Shown: positions 35,152-43,792 of the stretch, piece after piece | Numbering within the stretch: the stretch's first letter is position 1 | Layout: each line of letters begins with the position of its first letter | From: an uncultured Anaerolineales bacterium | GTDB lineage: Bacteria; Chloroflexota; Anaerolineae; CAZYHC01 | Length of the DNA stretch: 64,000 bases | Direction: 5' to 3' | NCBI GenBank assembly: GCA_964646625.1 | Contig: CAZYHC010000009.1 | Coordinates: forward strand, 48,958-112,957 | Notes under the pieces: generated by a model | What the model was told of the DNA's origin: nothing | Database searches by the model: none | What the model saw: the letters and a program-made list of their open reading frames with translations, nothing else | Program-made: the position numbers and the translations under genes

Positions 35152-35525
35152 TGAAGCACGAAATACTCTCCCCCGTGTTTGAGCGTACTGACGAGCGAGG
35201 GATATTTCGCGAGCTCCTCAGCACCGGCCAGTGGGAGGCCCTGATCTGTGGCCGGATGAATGTGGACGCCGTGCTGGGCCATCACTACCACCGGAAGACC
35301 GTGGTGTTCCTGTTTCTCACCAGCGGCGCCGCCAGCATCAAGACGGTCCACGTGGAAACGGGCGAAAAAGATGAGTTCGTGCTGCACGCCAACCAGGGGG
35401 TTATCCTGCGCCCCAACGAGGCCCACGTCATCCGGTTCCTGGAAGAGTCGGATTTCATCATGCTCAAGTCCCATCGCTACGACCCGTCGGACCCGGACAC
35501 CTTCCACCTGCCTGGGCCGGAGTAA
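35151..35525 (+). CDS. Cupin-fold sugar-nucleotide isomerase/epimerase-like protein (WxcM/FdtA/RmlC-like)
   Basis: ERTDERGIFRELL and LGHHYHRK motifs, 124 aa. The start overlaps the GT2 stop. Confidence 0.55.
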   Translation: MKHEILSPVFERTDERGIFRELLSTGQWEALICGRMNVDAVLGHHYHRKTVVFLFLTSGAASIKTVHVETGEKDEFVLHANQGVILRPNEAHVIRFLEESDFIMLKSHRYDPSDPDTFHLPGPE

Positions 35526-35544
35526 TGGCCCCGGAGTAATGGCC
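35517..35544. repeat. Perfect 14-bp tandem duplication at a stop/start junction
   Basis: CCGGAGTAATGGCC occurs twice in a row. Each copy carries a TAATG. Confidence 0.9.
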
Positions 35545-36300
35545 GTGGAACCCTACGAGTATCGTACCTTGTTCGAATTTGAGTCCTCCTACTGGTGGTA
35601 CCGGGGGCTGCACGCCATTCTGCTGGATACGCTACGCTGGCTGGGACTTGGGGCGGATGCCCTGGTGCTCGATGCCGGATGTGGCACAGGACAGAACCTG
35701 GCGAACATTGCTCGGGACCTCACTCCCTGGGCCTTTGGCTTCGACCTCTCGCCTCACGCTGCTCCTTTCTGGGCGCAGCGGGGCCTGAGACGGGTATGCC
35801 TGGCTTCGATCAACGATATTCCCTTTCCCGATGACACCTTCGACGCGGTTATCTCCGTGGACGTGCTGGAGTGCGACGCCGTCTGCCAAGACCGGGCCTA
35901 CGGTGAACTCTGGCGTGTGGTCAGGACGGAGGGCTTTATCATCCTGGTTGTGCCGGCTTACGAGTGGCTTCTGACTGAGGAGCACCACAGAGCAGTCCGT
36001 GCCTCACGGCGCTACTCGAAGCAGCAGGTGCTCTCTTTGCTGCGAAAGCAGCCCATAGATTTGAGCCGGGTGACCCACCTGTTCGGATTGCTGCTTCCCG
36101 CCGTGGCGAGCTATCGTCTGGCGGTGCGCTACCTGGCGCGTGGCTCGAATGAGCGACCGCGCTCCGAGCTGCGGCGGCTGCACCCTATTCTCAACCACCT
36201 GTTGCTCGGTATTGTAAGCGCTGAGCGGCGTATCCTGCGACGGAGGGACCTGCCTTTCGGGAGCTCGATCATGGCGGTCGCTCGGAAGGTTGGCCGATGA
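35539..36300 (+). CDS. Class I SAM-dependent methyltransferase
   Basis: VLDAGCGTGQNL motif I. The ATG lies in the second copy of the 14-bp duplication. The ORF-track extension from 35260 overlaps the cupin gene. Confidence 0.8.
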   Translation: MAVEPYEYRTLFEFESSYWWYRGLHAILLDTLRWLGLGADALVLDAGCGTGQNLANIARDLTPWAFGFDLSPHAAPFWAQRGLRRVCLASINDIPFPDDTFDAVISVDVLECDAVCQDRAYGELWRVVRTEGFIILVVPAYEWLLTEEHHRAVRASRRYSKQQVLSLLRKQPIDLSRVTHLFGLLLPAVASYRLAVRYLARGSNERPRSELRRLHPILNHLLLGIVSAERRILRRRDLPFGSSIMAVARKVGR

Positions 36301-36908
36301 AAGCCGACCGGTCGTGGCAGTTGGGGATGCCAGGGACCCTGTCCTACCGGTTGTACGACGAACTGCGCAAGTGGCTCAATCGGCACCTGGTTAACTATCT
36401 GTCCAGGATGGCGGTGCAGCGTGAACACAGCCTGGTGCTGGAAGCCGGCTCCGGGCCGGCCTTTACCTCATCGCTCTTTGCCCAGGATCGTCGGGTGCGC
36501 CTGAGTGTGGCTGTGGACCTCGACCTTGAGGCCTTATACCAGGCGCGTCGCCGTGACCCGCTCCTGCCTGCGGTGGCCGCTGACTTGTACAGGTTGCCTT
36601 TCGTTGCCGAAAGCTTCGATCTGGTCTGGAATAGCAGCACTTTGGAGCACCTGGAGAGCCCCGGCGTAGCTTTGGCAGAGATGCAACGAGTCACACGCCC
36701 AGGGGGGCACGTCTTCGTCGGCGTACCGTACTTGTATGGCCCGCTGGGCTTCCAGCGTTGGATTGCGGATACCTCGGTCGGGGTGTGGATTGGAACGGTG
36801 TTCACTCGTACCCAACTGAAGGGAATGCTGCACGAGGCTGGACTACAGCCACGGGATTCAATCTTTTACTTCTTCCGCTTCTTTGTGGGGGTGTTGGCCC
36901 AAAAATGA
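36297..36908 (+). CDS. Class I SAM-dependent methyltransferase
   Basis: VLEAGSGPAF motif I and FDLVWNSSTLEHL. ATGA overlap with the previous gene. Confidence 0.75.
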   Translation: MKADRSWQLGMPGTLSYRLYDELRKWLNRHLVNYLSRMAVQREHSLVLEAGSGPAFTSSLFAQDRRVRLSVAVDLDLEALYQARRRDPLLPAVAADLYRLPFVAESFDLVWNSSTLEHLESPGVALAEMQRVTRPGGHVFVGVPYLYGPLGFQRWIADTSVGVWIGTVFTRTQLKGMLHEAGLQPRDSIFYFFRFFVGVLAQK

Positions 36909-36995
36909 CGGGCAGCGAGGACGAAAGCTGTATAAGATTGCCAGAGCCCAGTCGATAATCCTACCTTTGATCTTAGTGGACTGGAGGTGTTAGAC

Positions 36996-38066
36996 ATGAA
37001 TAACAGAATCACTTATCGCCAGGTCATCAGGCGCCTGGAGGAAAACGGCCTGACCTATGCGGTGCTCACGCTGCAAAACGACGTGAGCATCATCATTGTG
37101 CAGCGTGGGGGGCGCATCTTCGGCCCCTTTCTATCGCCAGATAGCGAGAGTATTTTCTGGCTCAATAGCGCCTTTGCCCGGCCTGATTCCTTTAAGGAGT
37201 TCCTGCACTCTGGTGATTGGAACCTGGGCGGGGATAGAATGTGGATCGCCCCCGAAATCCAGTACAGCGTTCCAGACCGAGCCGACTATTGGGGCACCAT
37301 TCGCATCCCGGAGCAGGTGGATCCAGGGCGATACGTGCTGGATCAACCGCAGCCAGAGGGGTGGCGTCTGTCCCAGGACGTGACCCTGGAGGCGTACAAC
37401 CTGGCCTCTGGGCAGAAGGAGCTTCACCTGGCACGGCTGATCCGGCGGGTCGAAGATCCGCTCAGGAATTTGAGCGCCTATCGAGATTTGATAGAAGGGG
37501 TAACGTTCGCCGGCTATGAACAGGTGGTGTCTCTCTCCGAGAGCAGGCTGGACGACATCATGAGCGAAGCGTGGAGCCTGATCCAGCTTAACCCCGGTGG
37601 ATTGCTCCTGATTCCCGCTTCGCGGCGCGTGGAGTTTACCGACTATTACCAGCCAATCGACGCGAGTTTACAAACCATCCACGCCGACCACGTTCGCCTC
37701 AAGATCACGGGCGACCGGCAGTACAAGGTCGCCTACAAGGCGGCGCACGTCTTTGGACGCCTGGCCTATTTCAACCACTTCGACCACGGCCGGGCCTATC
37801 TGATCGTGCGCAATTTCTTCAACAACCCCTCCCTGCCTTACGCAGAAGAACCCCCGCACGTGCCGGGCTGCCGGGGACACTCGATCCACGTGTACAATGA
37901 CAACGGCATGTTCGGCGGCTTCGGCGAACTGGAATGTAACGCCCAGACGATCGGGGGCGAGACGGGTCGCTCGGCCAGCACAGACCAACTGCTGCTCTGG
38001 CTCTACGTGGGGGCTGCCGACAGGGTGAAGGACGTCGCTCTTCACCTTTTAGGGATTGAGCTCTAA
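36996..38066 (+). CDS. Hypothetical protein (possibly mutarotase-like/DUF4380-like)
   Basis: GGDRMWIAPE motif only. GGAGG lies 8 nt before ATG 36996. Confidence 0.3.
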   Translation: MNNRITYRQVIRRLEENGLTYAVLTLQNDVSIIIVQRGGRIFGPFLSPDSESIFWLNSAFARPDSFKEFLHSGDWNLGGDRMWIAPEIQYSVPDRADYWGTIRIPEQVDPGRYVLDQPQPEGWRLSQDVTLEAYNLASGQKELHLARLIRRVEDPLRNLSAYRDLIEGVTFAGYEQVVSLSESRLDDIMSEAWSLIQLNPGGLLLIPASRRVEFTDYYQPIDASLQTIHADHVRLKITGDRQYKVAYKAAHVFGRLAYFNHFDHGRAYLIVRNFFNNPSLPYAEEPPHVPGCRGHSIHVYNDNGMFGGFGELECNAQTIGGETGRSASTDQLLLWLYVGAADRVKDVALHLLGIEL

Positions 38067-38095
38067 TTGACAAAGCACTGGCGATGTGATATATT
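38067..38095 (+). promoter_or_regulatory. Sigma-70-like promoter ahead of the second URO-D gene
   Basis: TTGACA (38067-38072), a 17-nt spacer, then TATATT (38090-38095). Confidence 0.5.
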
Positions 38096-38133
38096 TGCCG
38101 AGGATGGGTTAGCTTTTTGAAGGAGAAGGCATA

Positions 38134-39195
38134 ATGGCGGGAAAAGAGCGCATGACTTCCAAAGAAAGAGTGCTGAGAACTTACCATTTTGAAAAGCCGG
38201 ACCGCGTCCCCATTGACTTCTGCGCCTGCGAGGAGGTTTACCAGCGTATGCAGGACCACTTCGGCACAGATCAACTGGGGATGCTGGAAAAGATCCACGT
38301 AGATTTCCGCTGGGCGCGTCCGGCCTGGATTGGGCCGGCCCTGGTCAGCGAGGAGGGGATTCCTACCGATTATTTCGGCATCCCCCGCGCGGGAGTGGGC
38401 GATTTCGGTTATCCTCTCCAGCGTCCTCTGGCCCACCTGGAATCGGAAAAGGACCTGGAAGCCCACCCCTGGCCCACGGCCGAGATGTGGGATTACGAGG
38501 TCTTCGCCGAAGAGTGCGAACGTTTTGAACAGTATGCCGTCTATGGCGGAGGGTGGGCCTGGTTCTTCGAGGCTGCGGCAGAACTGGTGGGCATGGAAAA
38601 GTTCTTCGTGATGCTGTACGACGACCCGGCTCTGGCCTATAAATTGATAACGCGCGTCGCCGATTTCTTTTACGATATTTCAAAGCGCATGTACGAGAAG
38701 GCCGGCGATAAGGTGGACATCTTTTTCATGGGAGACGACTACGGCACGCAGAGCGGCCCGCTCATCAGCCTGAAGATGTGGCGCAAATTCATCAAGCCCC
38801 ACCTCGCGCGTCTCTACGACCTGGCTAAAGAGTACGACCTGCTCATCATGCAGCATTCCTGCGGGAGCGTGGTCGAGTTCCTGCCCGATATGATGGAACT
38901 GGGGCTGAACATCATCGAGCCGGTGCAGGTGCGCGCCTACGGCATGGACCCCAAAGAACTGGTGAATAAGTTCGGCGGCAAATTGTGCTTCCACGGTTCG
39001 ATGGATACCCAGCAGACCCTCCCCTTCGGCACGCCAGAGGATGTGCGCCAGGAGGTTCTGGACCGGATTGCAACCTTCCGCGAGGTGGGCGGGTTCACCA
39101 TCTCCCCTACCCAACACCTGTTGCCGGAGATCCCGCTGGAAAACATCCTCACCATGTACGAGACGGCTTACCAGTACGGCTGGCTGGAGGAGTAG
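38134..39195 (+). CDS. URO-D superfamily protein, MtaA/CmuA-like
   Basis: KERVLRTYHFEKPDRVPIDF N-terminus, HxC motif (MQHSCG), and a downstream Cys (KLCFHG). Confidence 0.75.
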   Translation: MAGKERMTSKERVLRTYHFEKPDRVPIDFCACEEVYQRMQDHFGTDQLGMLEKIHVDFRWARPAWIGPALVSEEGIPTDYFGIPRAGVGDFGYPLQRPLAHLESEKDLEAHPWPTAEMWDYEVFAEECERFEQYAVYGGGWAWFFEAAAELVGMEKFFVMLYDDPALAYKLITRVADFFYDISKRMYEKAGDKVDIFFMGDDYGTQSGPLISLKMWRKFIKPHLARLYDLAKEYDLLIMQHSCGSVVEFLPDMMELGLNIIEPVQVRAYGMDPKELVNKFGGKLCFHGSMDTQQTLPFGTPEDVRQEVLDRIATFREVGGFTISPTQHLLPEIPLENILTMYETAYQYGWLEE

Positions 39196-39272
39196 CAGAG
39201 GTGCCAGGCCCCTGGAGGAGAGGAGGTGATGGCTAGCGAGGTAGCAGAAGGGATATAGGCGATGTAAAACGA

Positions 39273-39301
39273 TTGGGCCTTTGGAGTAGGCCAACTTTTT
39301 T
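39273..39301 (+). terminator. Putative intrinsic terminator
   Basis: TTGG(G)CCT / AGGCCAA stem with one bulge and a 7-nt loop, then CTTTTTT. Confidence 0.45.
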
Positions 39302-39325
39302 AAAGCTATATGAAGGAGGAAAAAG

Positions 39326-40648
39326 ATGTTACGCAAAGTCAGCGTATTTCTATTAGTAGCGCTGTTGCTCTCCATCCCAATGGGGGGAGCGGGGGCCAGC
39401 GGCCCGGCGCAGGACAAGCCCTTCGAGGGCGTGGTCCTCAACGCCTATTTCATCGGCGGCGGCGCATACGAGAAGCTCTACACCAAAATCCCCGAGTTTG
39501 AAGAGGCCACCGGGGCCACAGTGAACGTTGCCGCCAAGCTCAGCCACTTCGAGCTTAACAAGCGCGTCGCCCAGGAGTTCGCCACCGGCGGCGACATTGA
39601 CGTGATCAGCACCCACACCACCTTCGCCCCCGGCCAGAAGGCATTCCTGCTCCCTCTCAACGACTACTGCACGGAGGAAGATTTGGCCGACTTCCAGCCT
39701 TCCACCCTCGAAGCCAGCACGGTGGGCGGGGACTTGATCATGCTCCCCCGCCACACCGACGTGCGCATCATGTACTACCGCACCGACCTCTTTGAGGACC
39801 CCGACGAGCAGGCCGCCTTCCAGGAAAAGTACGGCTACGAGCTTCACCCTCCGACCACCTGGGAAGAGATGCTGGACGTGGCCGAATTCTTCACCCGCCC
39901 GCCGGGGCTTTACGGCTTCGTCTTCACTGGCGGGGAAGAGCCGCTGGTGGGCACTTTCTACGAGCTTACCATGTCGGCTGGTGGCAACTTCTTCGATGAG
40001 GAAGGGAACGTTATCTTTAATGAGGAGCCGGGCCAGAAGGCTCTGCAACTCCTGGTTGACCTCTATTACAACAAGAAGACCACCCCGGAAGGCGTGCCCA
40101 ACTACCGCTGGGACGAGGTAGCCCAAGCCTTCCGCAATGGGCAGATTGCCTTCCACTTCGACTGGCCGGGCTGGTACGGCCTGACCAAAGACCCCGAAGA
40201 GTCGAAGGTGGCCGATAAGTTCGGGTTGGCCCCCTACCCGGTTGGGCCGGCCGGGTACGCCAAAATCTGGGGCGCGAGCCACGGGTTCGCCGTGGCTAAA
40301 GCGACCAAGAACCCGGAGGCCGCCGCCGAACTGGTCAAGTTCCTGACGAGCGCGGACAACCTGTACTTTGAGGCCGTGGAGGGCGGCTTCCTGCCCACCA
40401 GCGTCTCCGCCTTCGCCAAAATTATAGAAGATGCCGCAGGGACGGGCGACCCGCTGGACCTGAGGCGCCTGGAGCTTCTGGAAGAGGAACTGGCCGGGTT
40501 CGTCCCCCCGCCCAAGATCGCTGAGTACCAGGAAGTGGTCAGCGCCATGTGGCCCGAGCTTCAGAAGTCCCTGGTGGAGGGCCGCGACGTTAAAGAAACG
40601 CTGGACATCACCGCCGAGAAGGTGCAAAAGATCGTCTCGCCTGAGTAA
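39326..40648 (+). CDS. ABC sugar transporter substrate-binding protein (CUT1)
   Basis: Signal peptide MLRKVSVFLLVALLLSIPMGGAGA, family-1 SBP length, GAAGGAGG RBS. Confidence 0.85.
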   Translation: MLRKVSVFLLVALLLSIPMGGAGASGPAQDKPFEGVVLNAYFIGGGAYEKLYTKIPEFEEATGATVNVAAKLSHFELNKRVAQEFATGGDIDVISTHTTFAPGQKAFLLPLNDYCTEEDLADFQPSTLEASTVGGDLIMLPRHTDVRIMYYRTDLFEDPDEQAAFQEKYGYELHPPTTWEEMLDVAEFFTRPPGLYGFVFTGGEEPLVGTFYELTMSAGGNFFDEEGNVIFNEEPGQKALQLLVDLYYNKKTTPEGVPNYRWDEVAQAFRNGQIAFHFDWPGWYGLTKDPEESKVADKFGLAPYPVGPAGYAKIWGASHGFAVAKATKNPEAAAELVKFLTSADNLYFEAVEGGFLPTSVSAFAKIIEDAAGTGDPLDLRRLELLEEELAGFVPPPKIAEYQEVVSAMWPELQKSLVEGRDVKETLDITAEKVQKIVSPE

Positions 40649-40674
40649 AAATAGTAGGGTTTGAGAAGCCAAAA

Positions 40675-40710
40675 GGGGGGACGGTTTCGCCGTGAGGGGA
40701 CCGTCCCTCC
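40675..40710 (+). promoter_or_regulatory. 11-bp stem-loop after the SBP gene
   Basis: GGGGGGACGGT pairs with ACCGTCCCTCC (one G-U) around a 14-nt loop. There is no U-tract. Confidence 0.45.
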
Positions 40711-40746
40711 CATGAGCCTCTTCTTGGTATATAATAAGGGTGGTCA

Positions 40747-41094
40747 ATGAGGGACGAACACCCAGGTGAGCTTGGATTAGATGTGGAGGCTTTGCGCCGT
40801 CAAGTTGCCGATGGCAATTTTGCGCTCAGACCCCATGCTATGCAACACGCCGTTAAAGAAGGCTTTGGCAAGGAGGATGTAGCTCAAGTTATCTTAAATG
40901 GCGTGGTTGTTGAAACATATCCAGAACGCAAGCGGTGCCTATTATATACTGATGTGATAATTGAAGGAGTCAAAATGCCTCTACACGTTGTCTGTGAACA
41001 CCGCTTGCCGGGCGAGCCGGTAAATGTGGTAACAGCCTACGTGCCATCCAGGGAAGAGTGGATAACTCCTACTTTGAGAAAGATCAGGAAATGA
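40747..41094 (+). CDS. DUF4258-like putative toxin
   Basis: RPHAMQHAVKEGF...VVETYPERKRCLLY...PLHVVCE...VVTAYVPSREEW pattern. Lies in a low-GC island. Confidence 0.6.
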   Translation: MRDEHPGELGLDVEALRRQVADGNFALRPHAMQHAVKEGFGKEDVAQVILNGVVVETYPERKRCLLYTDVIIEGVKMPLHVVCEHRLPGEPVNVVTAYVPSREEWITPTLRKIRK

Positions 41095-41390
41095 AAGGAT
41101 TAATTACTGTTTGTTCTAAATGTGGGCATAAAACAGAGCTTCGTGAAATCAGCATCGAGTTTGAGCGGAAGGGGGTGCGCGCTGTTATGTCTGGCATTCC
41201 GGCTATGGTATGCCCTCACTGTGGCGAAGAGTATGTGCCAGCCGATATTGCTGGCGACGTTATTGAAACTGTGACCCGGACTATTGACGAAACCGAAGGG
41301 ATGCTTAAGAGGACAGAGACACATCGCCAGGAGTTGGTTCCGGAGAACCAAAGCGCCTCCAAAGAACGCCTTAAACTGGCGCTGGACTAG
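41091..41390 (+). CDS. YgiT/MqsA-type zinc-ribbon putative antitoxin
   Basis: CSKCGHK...VCPHCGEEYV zinc ribbon. ATGA overlap with the DUF4258 gene. The internal Met of ORF 41058..41390 was chosen as the start. Confidence 0.6.
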   Translation: MKGLITVCSKCGHKTELREISIEFERKGVRAVMSGIPAMVCPHCGEEYVPADIAGDVIETVTRTIDETEGMLKRTETHRQELVPENQSASKERLKLALD

Positions 41391-41423
41391 CCGGATATAA
41401 TACAACTAGGAGCGAGAGCCACA

Positions 41424-42335
41424 ATGATTGCTTCCAATGTTCGTCCGCGGCCCCAAGTCCCCTTCTTGGAGCGTTATTTCCCCTTCGTGCTGATTTTGCC
41501 CAGCGTGGTGGGGACGCTCATCCTGATCATTTTCCCCCTGCTCTATTCCCTATATATCAGCTTCACCTCGTTCCACCTGCTCAAGCCTGGCAGCAACCTC
41601 TGGGTGGGGCTGAGAAATTACGGGGAAATCTTCCAGAACCCTACTTTCTGGACGGCCCTGAAGAATTCCATCCTCTTCACCTTTGTGGTGGTGAATTCAG
41701 AACTTATCCTGGGCCTGGTCATCGCCCTATTGCTCAGCCGGGCCATCGGCGGGCAGGGCCTGTTGCGCGCCCTGTTCATGGTGCCCATGATGCTCCCGCC
41801 GGTGCTGGTGGGGCTGCAATTCCGCTGGTTTTTCAACGACCAGTTCGGCCTGCTCAACAACATCCTGCTCACGCTGGGGGTCATGAACCGCCCCATCGGG
41901 TGGCTGGTGAGGCCGCACCTGGCCATGCCCTCGGTGATGGTGGCCGACATATGGCAGAACACCCCGTTCATGGTCATCGTCATTTTGGCCGGGCTGCTTT
42001 CTTTGCCCCTCGAGCCTTTCGAAGCGGCCACGGTGGACGGGGCCAACGCCTGGCAGCGGTTTCGCTACCTGACGTTGCCCATGCTCCAGCCGCTCATCCT
42101 GATCGCCCTGACCATTCGCTCCCTGGATGCCGGGCGGCGGGCCTTCGACCTCATCCTGCTCATGACCGGCGGCGGTCCGGCCAACATTACCGAGGTGCTG
42201 GGCACTTACACCTTCCGCCGGGCCATCATTGACTCGCAATTCGCCTACGGCGCGGCCCTCTCGTATATTGACATGCTCATCGCCATAGCTTTCGCCATCT
42301 ATCTTTCCCGCCAGCTTTTCAAGGCCAGGGGGTGA
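41424..42335 (+). CDS. ABC sugar transporter permease (CUT1, MalF-like)
   Basis: EAA loop EAATVDGANAWQRFRYLTLP. Confidence 0.9.
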   Translation: MIASNVRPRPQVPFLERYFPFVLILPSVVGTLILIIFPLLYSLYISFTSFHLLKPGSNLWVGLRNYGEIFQNPTFWTALKNSILFTFVVVNSELILGLVIALLLSRAIGGQGLLRALFMVPMMLPPVLVGLQFRWFFNDQFGLLNNILLTLGVMNRPIGWLVRPHLAMPSVMVADIWQNTPFMVIVILAGLLSLPLEPFEAATVDGANAWQRFRYLTLPMLQPLILIALTIRSLDAGRRAFDLILLMTGGGPANITEVLGTYTFRRAIIDSQFAYGAALSYIDMLIAIAFAIYLSRQLFKARG

Positions 42336-42338
42336 GCG

Positions 42339-43193
42339 ATGGGCTATAGGCAGAGGGAGCAAATGGTTACGGCACTGTGCACCATCGCCGTGATAATCAT
42401 CCTCGTCATTTTCATCGTGCCTACCTTCTGGATGGTGCAGACTTCGTTTCGAGTGGGCAAGGAGATTAATTCCTTCCCGCCGGTGTGGTGGCCGCAGCAA
42501 CTCACTTTAAGCTCCTACACCAAGCTCTTCGGCGGGAGCCATGAGGAATCCACCATCGCTTTCGGGGATTATTTCCGCAACTCCATGGTAGCCACGGTGG
42601 TCAGTTGCGCCGTGGCCTTGACTTTGGGGACCATGGCAGGTTACGCTTTCGCCCGCCATGAATTCAAGGGGAAACGCCAGCTCTTCCTGGGCATTATCCT
42701 GATGCGGGCCATCCCCGGCCTGGCTTTGGGGATGCCCCTGCTGGTGATGTTCAAGTGGGTAGGGCTGGTGAACAACATCTGGGGATTGATTTTGGTCTAC
42801 ACTATGGTCAACGCCCCTTTCATCACCTGGCTGATGGAAGGCTTCTTCAAGGACATCCCGCACGACCTGGCCGAGGCAGCCCTGATAGACGGCTGTTCCC
42901 GCTTACAGGCGCTCCTGAAAGTTGATTTGCCTTTAGCCGCGCCGGGGGTGGCAGCCAGCACCATCTTCGCCTTCCTGCTGAGCTGGAACGAGTTCGCCAT
43001 CGCGTTGATTCTGACCCGTACCCCGGCCTCGCGCACCCTGCCGGTGGGGCTGTTCGATTTTATGGGGGAATTTTTCATCGATTGGGGAGGGATGAGCGCG
43101 GCAGGGACGATTATCCTCATCCCTGTGGTGATTCTCACCTTCCTGGTGCAGCGGTGGATTGCACGCGGGCTGACCTTCGGGGCTTTGAAATAA
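42339..43193 (+). CDS. ABC sugar transporter permease (CUT1, MalG-like)
   Basis: EAA loop EAALIDGCSRLQALLKVDLP. Confidence 0.9.
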   Translation: MGYRQREQMVTALCTIAVIIILVIFIVPTFWMVQTSFRVGKEINSFPPVWWPQQLTLSSYTKLFGGSHEESTIAFGDYFRNSMVATVVSCAVALTLGTMAGYAFARHEFKGKRQLFLGIILMRAIPGLALGMPLLVMFKWVGLVNNIWGLILVYTMVNAPFITWLMEGFFKDIPHDLAEAALIDGCSRLQALLKVDLPLAAPGVAASTIFAFLLSWNEFAIALILTRTPASRTLPVGLFDFMGEFFIDWGGMSAAGTIILIPVVILTFLVQRWIARGLTFGALK

Positions 43194-43224
43194 TCATTCG
43201 CAACCTTGCTATGCAATGCTGAAT

Positions 43225-43512
43225 TTAGGTAGACTGCCAGTCCGCACCAGCCATCAGGTTAGCGATTGATATATCTTCGTCAAGCTCGGGCCAATGCAAA
43301 CTGATGCCTCCTCCAGCAATTTCATATTTCTCCCGTTGTTCAGGCTTTGCTTCGTGCAACAACGGAAACCATATTATTGGCACACTGATAATGCGTCCGT
43401 CTATCAGGTGAACCTGTAACATATCATTATCAAATTGCACCGATTTTGCCAGTGCGGTGGTGGGTACATAAGCCCGTCGAATTTTTGGTTTCGTTTTAAC
43501 CGAAGTGTTCAT
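43225..43512 (-). CDS. DUF2442-like protein
   Basis: LIDGRIISVPIIWFPLL...GGGISLHWPELDEDISIANLMAG is the characteristic family pattern. Confidence 0.65.
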   Translation of the reverse strand: MNTSVKTKPKIRRAYVPTTALAKSVQFDNDMLQVHLIDGRIISVPIIWFPLLHEAKPEQREKYEIAGGGISLHWPELDEDISIANLMAGADWQST

Positions 43513-43609
43513 TCCACGCCTCTATCAACTGGGTTTGATGTTGTCTGATGATTGTTTCGTTGCTGAAGAAGTAGAAGCGGTAACGACCCACACGAAGTAT
43601 AGTTGGCAT
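43496..43609 (-). pseudogene. Internally deleted DUF4160-like gene
   Basis: The N-terminus MPTILRVGRYRFYFFSNE is joined directly to a C-terminal-like IIRQHQTQLIEAWNEHF. The central histidine-containing segment is absent. AAGGAA RBS before ATG 43609. Confidence 0.5.
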
Positions 43610-43792
43610 GGGTTCCTTAACCTTTGGATGAAGCCCGTGAACACAAGACTCCATTGCTAGCCCGCAGCGTAAGGGCATTGGCTGCAACCTGTATTAGGTA
43701 GGCTTTTGCAACGAGCAGGCTAACTCGTTTGTTAGCTTTGGCTGGAGTTATGTCTGGATTTCGGTTTTGGCTACCTGCATTCTCCAAACCGT

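Noticed and set aside
40725-40735. Possible extended -10 promoter (TGGTATATAAT) for the DUF4258 gene.
   Set aside because: There is no acceptable -35 box, and the ATG would lie only about 5 nt from the predicted start site. It is plausible for a near-leaderless TA transcript, but too weak to annotate.
3219-43193. Absence of ATPase genes from all three CUT1 importers as a novelty.
   Set aside because: CUT1 systems commonly share a single MsiK/MalK-type ATPase encoded elsewhere, so this is expected biology.
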